This document shows positions 10,517 to 16,094 of a stretch of 47,462 bases of DNA, in pieces (position 1 is the stretch's first letter; each line of letters starts with the position of its first letter). The notes beneath the pieces were generated by a model, which was given only the letters and a program-made list of their open reading frames with translations, did not search any database and was not told where the DNA came from. This DNA comes from Patescibacteria group bacterium (GTDB lineage: Bacteria > Patescibacteriota > Minisyncoccia > UBA6257 > HR35): positions 1 to 47,462 of the forward strand of contig JAUQQM010000004.1 of the NCBI GenBank assembly GCA_030549895.1, read 5' to 3'. Both the position numbers and the translations under genes were made by a program.

Positions 10517-10640
10517 ATAAGAATTTCCGCGATATAATGAAAAATAAATAAGAGTGGGGATTTAAAATTATATGTTAATTTTCAATATTACTAAACTTAA
10601 ATTAAAATTTTAAATATATATTTAATGAAAGAAATTCATT

Positions 10641-10700
10641 ATGAATGATTGTGTTTTTTGTAAAATTGTGAAAAGGGAAGAACCAGTAAGGATAATTTAA
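10641..10700 (+). pseudogene. HIT-family protein N-terminal relic
   Basis: Translates MNDCVFCKIVKREEPVRII*, the typical HIT N-terminus (DCxFCKI), then stops. Confidence 0.65.
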
Positions 10701-10917
10701 AAAATTCCAATACAAAAATCTAAATTGTTATATTTTTTGTTTTCTATACACAGAAGATGAAGATAGAGTTAAATCTTCAGGCTACAAAGATTATTGGTTT
10801 GAAAATTTTGATAAAGTTTTAGAGAGATTATAAATTTTTAAAAATTAAGACACTAGGTAATAAATTAGTTGACTAAATTTTTTAAAGATGATCTTGTTTT
10901 GGAGTACGTTCGAAAAG

Positions 10918-10968
10918 TTATTAGAAGAAGCAAAACGAAAAACTAAGGAGTCCATCGAAGAAGATTAA
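10918..10968 (+). pseudogene. relic 3' end of a second S-subunit gene
   Basis: 22 bp identical to 10389-10410; translates LLEEAKRKTKESIEED* versus LLEEAKRRVEELIEENK*. Confidence 0.6.
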
Positions 10969-11037
10969 AGACTGATTTTTGCTATAATTAAAGTATAAAT
11001 AAATAAAATTAGGTTATATCAACTTTCGGATTAAAAA

Positions 11038-12378
11038 ATGGATTTTATAAAAAATCAAAGAGAATCCAATCACAGAGATGAAAAATCTAGGTATGTAGAG
11101 ACAAAAGAAAGAATTGATTTATTAATTTCAGAATGTCTAAATTTTATGGATTTACTAGAGAGTATTCAACCTGATGAAACAAGTGAGAGTATTGAAAAAA
11201 AATTTAGTGAATTCAAGCAAAGATTGAAAACAAATGAATTCTTATATTCACTATACGAGAAATTATGCAGTGGCTTGTTAGAAAAAAATAAAGAAGTAAA
11301 AGAAAATGTAGGAAAGATTGATGAAATATTGGAAAATTTTAATATAAAAAGAAAAGAGATAGAAGAGATTATAATTCAACCATTTAGCATAAATATTATT
11401 CTTGCACCAACTGTTTTTGATAGAATTTTCCCTTCTGGAGTGGGAACATCTATTTTGGGAGTGCATCTTAGGCATTCCTCTTTAAACTTTATTAAAAAAA
11501 CAGAAAATTACATAGAAAGTATTTTTCATGAGAATTTACACAATGTTTTAGATTGTATTGATTATTTTTTTAGAAAAACTCTCGAAGGAAAGAGAATTGA
11601 GTTAGAGTTAGAATTGAAAAAGTTATTTCATGAAAGAATAGAAATTACCAAAAAAGAAATATCTAATTATTTAGATTCTTTACACGAAGAATTATTAGCA
11701 AATAGTGAACTTATTGAAAATTTTTCATTGTTGTTATCTCAATATCAATTACCTGATTGGTTAATGGCACGCATAGGGGAAGAAGAAATAGATCAACAGT
11801 TTGAAATAGCTGTTACTGCTACTGCAACAGCAGGAGCAAATATAAATGAATTTAAAGAAATTTTAGAGAGGTTAAATATACCACAAGAAAATATTAAGTA
11901 TCTAAAAAATGAATTTTTAAAAATAGTTAATACAGCTGAAAAAGGGTTGGGATTAGGAAAAAAACTAGGAAAAGATATTTATCGGCATATCTTAGCAATT
12001 ATGATAGTTTTACCACCTACTTCTTGGCCTATTTTTATTGACCACTATTTGCATAAAAATTTTGGAAAAGGGAGAATAGAGCAACTTTATGATAGATATT
12101 TGTTAATTCATAGGTGGAATGGTTCTTTAAACTCTTTAAGAAGAATTAAAGAAATACTTGATGATTTAGATGAGGAGGAAAAAAATACTTTAAAATCAAG
12201 AATGATGGGTCTACTAAATATAAAATTAGATATAGAAAGTGATAAAGAATTAAATGAATATAAAAAATTACTTCAAGAAACTGGCTCCAAAATATCTTTA
12301 GAAAATCAAGATATCGAAAATATTATCGAAAGAGTAACGGCACAATATTATTTCAGAAAGTTTTTCCCTGAGGTTTAA
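11038..12378 (+). CDS. hypothetical protein with HExxH motif (possible zinc metallopeptidase-like)
   Basis: 446-aa ORF; FHENLH followed by a downstream HEELLA. Confidence 0.6.
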   Translation: MDFIKNQRESNHRDEKSRYVETKERIDLLISECLNFMDLLESIQPDETSESIEKKFSEFKQRLKTNEFLYSLYEKLCSGLLEKNKEVKENVGKIDEILENFNIKRKEIEEIIIQPFSINIILAPTVFDRIFPSGVGTSILGVHLRHSSLNFIKKTENYIESIFHENLHNVLDCIDYFFRKTLEGKRIELELELKKLFHERIEITKKEISNYLDSLHEELLANSELIENFSLLLSQYQLPDWLMARIGEEEIDQQFEIAVTATATAGANINEFKEILERLNIPQENIKYLKNEFLKIVNTAEKGLGLGKKLGKDIYRHILAIMIVLPPTSWPIFIDHYLHKNFGKGRIEQLYDRYLLIHRWNGSLNSLRRIKEILDDLDEEEKNTLKSRMMGLLNIKLDIESDKELNEYKKLLQETGSKISLENQDIENIIERVTAQYYFRKFFPEV

Positions 12379-12411
12379 AAATATCGACGTAATTTTTATT
12401 TTCAACCTCAA

Positions 12412-12429
12412 AAATATGCTCACTAAAAC
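12412..12429 (+). repeat. 18-bp direct repeat copy 2
   Basis: AAATATGCTCACTAAAAC. Confidence 0.9.
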
Positions 12430-12577
12430 TTTTAATGTTTTTACTTTCTATCTGATCACAACGATTTAGACAAGGTTATAAATTTTTGTAATAAATATAA
12501 AAGGATCATAATATAATAAAAAATTTTTTGTTAGCATTATGTTTTTATAAATTATTATTCACCACGTAATTTTTAAT

Positions 12578-13816
12578 TTATAGAACCTTTTTTTTGCCTA
12601 CTCTTATAATATCGCCATCTTTTAAACTTACCTTATTTTGTTCCTCGAAACTAACAACTTGATTATTAATTTCAATAGCACCTTCTTTTAGTAATCTTTT
12701 TCCTTCAGATTTGCTTTTTACAACACCAAGATCGTGCAAGAGATCTAGTAGAGATAAATTAAGTTTTTCTTGTGTCACCTCTAATAATATAGCTTCAGAA
12801 GGTGTTTCTCTTTGTTGGAAAACTCTTTCAAATTCTTTTTTGGCCTTTTCAGCGGCTTCTTGTCCGTGATATGATTTAGTAATTTCATAAGCTAATATTT
12901 TCTTAGCTTCCATTGGGTGTTCTTCTTTTAGAATTCGATCTATTTCTTCCGCAGAAAGATCAGTACATAATATGAACCATTCTTTCATTAAGTCATCAGG
13001 AATACTCATTATTTTGTTAAACATTTCTTGTGGAGGTTCTGCTATCCCTATATAATTTCCATAACTTTTACTCATTTTTCTTCTATCTGGCCCTGTAAGT
13101 ATTGGCATTAAAATGATAGTTTGAGATTCTTCTCCTACATCTTTTTGTAAATCTCTACCCAGTAAACAATTAAATTTCTGATCCATACCTCCAATTTCAA
13201 TATCTGCTTTTACTTTTAAACTATCATAAGCTTGACAAAGTGGGTATAAAATTTCATGAATATGTAATGGGGATCCTGCCTTTATTCTGTTTTTAAAATC
13301 TTCTCTAGCTAGAATTTGCTGAAGCGTGAATTGAGAAGCTAAAGATATAATATCTGCTAGGGTAAGACTGTTAAGCCATTCTGAATTATATCTTATTTCA
13401 AGTTTGCTCACATCTAATATCTTAGATATTTGTTCTAAGTAAGTTTTCATATTTCTAGCTATTTCCTCATTAGTAAGTTGTGGTCTTGTTTTTTTTCTGC
13501 CACTTGGATCACCAATTTTAGCAGTAAAGTCTCCTATAATTAGTACAATTTGATGTCCCAGACCTTGAAAATCTTTTAATTTACGTAAAACAACAGCAAA
13601 CCCAAGATGAATATCAGGGGCTGTGGGGTCAATACCTAGCTTAATTCTTAATGGTCTTTCTTGTTCGAGAGATCTTCTAATTTTATCTTCTAATTCTTTT
13701 TCATTTATGATTTCTAAAACCCCCTTCTTTATTATTTCTAGTTGTTTTTTTACTTCTCTTTCTAGGTGTTCTTTAACATTACTTTCTTTTTTACTTCTCA
13801 TATCAAATGTTCCCAT
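12578..13816 (-). CDS. tyrS: tyrosyl-tRNA synthetase
   Basis: KLGIDPTAPDIHLGF, IGDFTAKIGDPSG, YPLCQAYDS, EIGGMDQKFN, KMSKS, C-terminal S4 domain. Removing one A from an A8 tract gives the end GKKRFYKLKITW*. Confidence 0.97.
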   Translation of the reverse strand: MGTFDMRSKKESNVKEHLEREVKKQLEIIKKGVLEIINEKELEDKIRRSLEQERPLRIKLGIDPTAPDIHLGFAVVLRKLKDFQGLGHQIVLIIGDFTAKIGDPSGRKKTRPQLTNEEIARNMKTYLEQISKILDVSKLEIRYNSEWLNSLTLADIISLASQFTLQQILAREDFKNRIKAGSPLHIHEILYPLCQAYDSLKVKADIEIGGMDQKFNCLLGRDLQKDVGEESQTIILMPILTGPDRRKMSKSYGNYIGIAEPPQEMFNKIMSIPDDLMKEWFILCTDLSAEEIDRILKEEHPMEAKKILAYEITKSYHGQEAAEKAKKEFERVFQQRETPSEAILLEVTQEKLNLSLLDLLHDLGVVKSKSEGKRLLKEGAIEINNQVVSFEEQNKVSLKDGDIIRVGKKKVL

Positions 13817-13999
13817 TATGACTTATTTTTTTAAATTTTAATTTTAACATGGATTTAAAATAATTTTAATGCAGTTAATGTAATGAGTTAAGTTTACAAT
13901 TTAATTCATATTTTTCGGCCATTTCTATCTTTAATTGTAAAAATTGTATAAGCGTGTTTAGTAAAAAGAAAATCTTAAACAAAGTCCATTTACCCTCAG

Positions 14000-14017
14000 A
14001 AATATGCTCACTAAAAC
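14000..14017 (+). repeat. 18-bp direct repeat copy 3
   Basis: AAATATGCTCACTAAAAC. Confidence 0.9.
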
Positions 14018-14079
14018 TAAAAACATAAATTTTATGGTAAAATTTATTCAAGGGGCGGAGATTAAAAAAATAATAAAAA

Positions 14080-15129
14080 ATGAACAAAAAATTTTTTCCT
14101 TTTGTTTTAGTAGGAATAGTAGTTTTAATTATAGTGGTCGGGTTTTTTGTTTTTAAAGGAAAATTACAAAAAGGAGGTTATCAAGTTTCAGGAACTAGTG
14201 GGTATAAAGTACCAGAAAGTTATGAAGCGCCAAAAGTAGAAGGAGATAATTTTAAAATAATTCCAGGAATTGGATTTAAAAAAGAAGCTTGGCTAGAATA
14301 TAAGCTTGAAGGTTATGGAGTAAGTTTAATGGGTGGTAAAGAGACACCAAGAAGTTTTAAGGTTTTAGTCAAACTTATTTCTCTTCCAATTGGTGGTAAA
14401 GAATATGTTGGAATAGAAATGGATAGTGAGGAATTAATGGGAGGAATGATATTTGCTATGGTATTTAATAAAGAAACAGGTGAATCTCTCTATTTAGCCA
14501 AAGGTAAGGGGATGCCTACTCAATGCTTGAAAGAAAAATTTATGAAGGGATTTGTTGGCGGTTTACCAGATGTAGCATTTTCAAAGGATAATTTAGAAAA
14601 AGAATATAAAGTTGATCTTTCTGAATGGAATTTTGTTGGCGAAGAAGAAATAACTTTGGAATCAGGTAAAAAAATTAAAGTTGCTAAATTTAAAAAAGAA
14701 GGAGGAATGGAAAATGAAAAAGTAATAAACGAACTTTGGCTTTCAGGAGAAGTACCAATTTATTTTGTAATGTTTAAAGAAAAAATAGGAACACAGCAAA
14801 AATCAGTTATGCTTACTAATTTTGGTATGGATGGGGGTTTGCCAAATTTCACTGATACTGATCTTAAAGCTTGTGAGGGGACTTCAGGACTTCCTGGTTT
14901 TCCGCCAGGATCACAATTTCCAGGTTTTCCTTCAGAAGTAGCTAAAATGTTTTGCCAAACTGATACTGATTGTGCCTGCGGAGTTGATAAAGAAACAGGA
15001 AAATGTGCTTATGGAAATAAAGAATTTATTGATACTTCAAGAGAGTGTCCTGATTTTTGCACTGGCTTTAGCGGTCAATTAAAAATAAAATGTGTTAATA
15101 ATTTTTGCACTGCAGTGCCAATAAGATAA
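14080..15129 (+). CDS. membrane-anchored exported protein with C-terminal eight-cysteine domain
   Basis: N-terminal TM; PGFP linker repeats; C-terminal CQTDTDCACG...C...CPDFC...CVNNFC. Confidence 0.75.
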   Translation: MNKKFFPFVLVGIVVLIIVVGFFVFKGKLQKGGYQVSGTSGYKVPESYEAPKVEGDNFKIIPGIGFKKEAWLEYKLEGYGVSLMGGKETPRSFKVLVKLISLPIGGKEYVGIEMDSEELMGGMIFAMVFNKETGESLYLAKGKGMPTQCLKEKFMKGFVGGLPDVAFSKDNLEKEYKVDLSEWNFVGEEEITLESGKKIKVAKFKKEGGMENEKVINELWLSGEVPIYFVMFKEKIGTQQKSVMLTNFGMDGGLPNFTDTDLKACEGTSGLPGFPPGSQFPGFPSEVAKMFCQTDTDCACGVDKETGKCAYGNKEFIDTSRECPDFCTGFSGQLKIKCVNNFCTAVPIR

Positions 15130-15130
15130 G

Positions 15131-15765
15131 ATGAGAAAATTTAAATTTTTTTTTTAATTCCTATTTTTGTTATTTTGATATTTATATTTTTAGCTGAAGA
15201 ATCTAAAAAACAAAATATAATTTTAGAGCCCTCGCTTTTGAGTAAAGAATATTCAATTGTTTTATTGAAAAGTTTGGAAGAATTAAAAGTTAAAGAAATA
15301 AAATTAAATCAAAAAATAAAAATAAACAAGGTCGGATCTTTTGCTGATGAAAATAGTCCTTATTATTTAATTTTAGAAGACTATCAAGTTGGCAAGAAAT
15401 TAGATTTGTCGATCGGTAATTTTGAAGCTAGAAGTAATAGTAAAATTATTTATCTTAAATTTAAAGTTTTTAAAGTCGATAAAGAAAGCAAAGATTGGTT
15501 AATTGTTGATGTAATTAACTATCGAATAATAGGTAGAGCTTGTAGTAAAAATGAAAAAATATGTTATGAATTTCAGGATAGGCAAGAACCCAAGGTTGGT
15601 TCTAAAAAAGATGTTCAAGAAAGAACTTATTATTTAATTACTGCTGTACCGGAGAGTGAAAAAATTGATACTATAGTTTTAAGTCATCTTTCATTTAGTG
15701 GAGGAGGAATTACTTTTGGGTCTATTCAGACAAACGATTTGCCTTTAGCTAAATTTACACCTTAA
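15131..15765 (+). CDS. membrane-anchored hypothetical protein (probable frameshift in T10 tract near start)
   Basis: ATG at 15131 lies just after the previous stop; adding one T gives MRKFKFFFLIPIFVILIFIFL..., in frame with the 15175..15765 ORF. Confidence 0.6.
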
Positions 15766-15766
15766 A

Positions 15767-16006
15767 ATGAAGAAAATTTTTAAAAAATTAAAATACATTA
15801 TTTTCTTACCATATCTTGTTTTTTTAGGATTCATTTTCTATATTCTTTTTATCTGGCAAGAAAAGTCATCAGGAAGTTTTCTAAGTGGTAAAGCTATGGG
15901 ACTTACAGGTATTTTGATGGTTGCTTTTTATTATACCCTTTTTCTTGTGGCAATTTTTATTATTTCTAAAGTTTTAAAATTTATAATCAAAATTATTAAA
16001 AAATAA
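15767..16006 (+). CDS. small two-TM membrane protein
   Basis: 79 aa, two hydrophobic helices, operon-like spacing. Confidence 0.65.
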   Translation: MKKIFKKLKYIIFLPYLVFLGFIFYILFIWQEKSSGSFLSGKAMGLTGILMVAFYYTLFLVAIFIISKVLKFIIKIIKK

Positions 16007-16049
16007 AATCTCTAATTCCACATTCTTAATTCTATATTCTTAAATTTTG

Positions 16050-16066
16050 ATACCCCTATTGGGTAT
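16050..16066. promoter_or_regulatory. putative CsoR operator upstream of the Cu-ATPase
   Basis: Inverted repeat ATACCC-CTATT-GGGTAT; the same TACC-N7-GGTA geometry occurs upstream of csoR. Confidence 0.7.
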
Positions 16067-16094
16067 TTTATTTTTTAGGTATAATTAAATTGAG

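Noticed and set aside
10499-14017. 18-bp repeats as integron attC sites
   Set aside because: No RYYYAAC...GTTRRRY palindromic structure and no integron integrase in the window.
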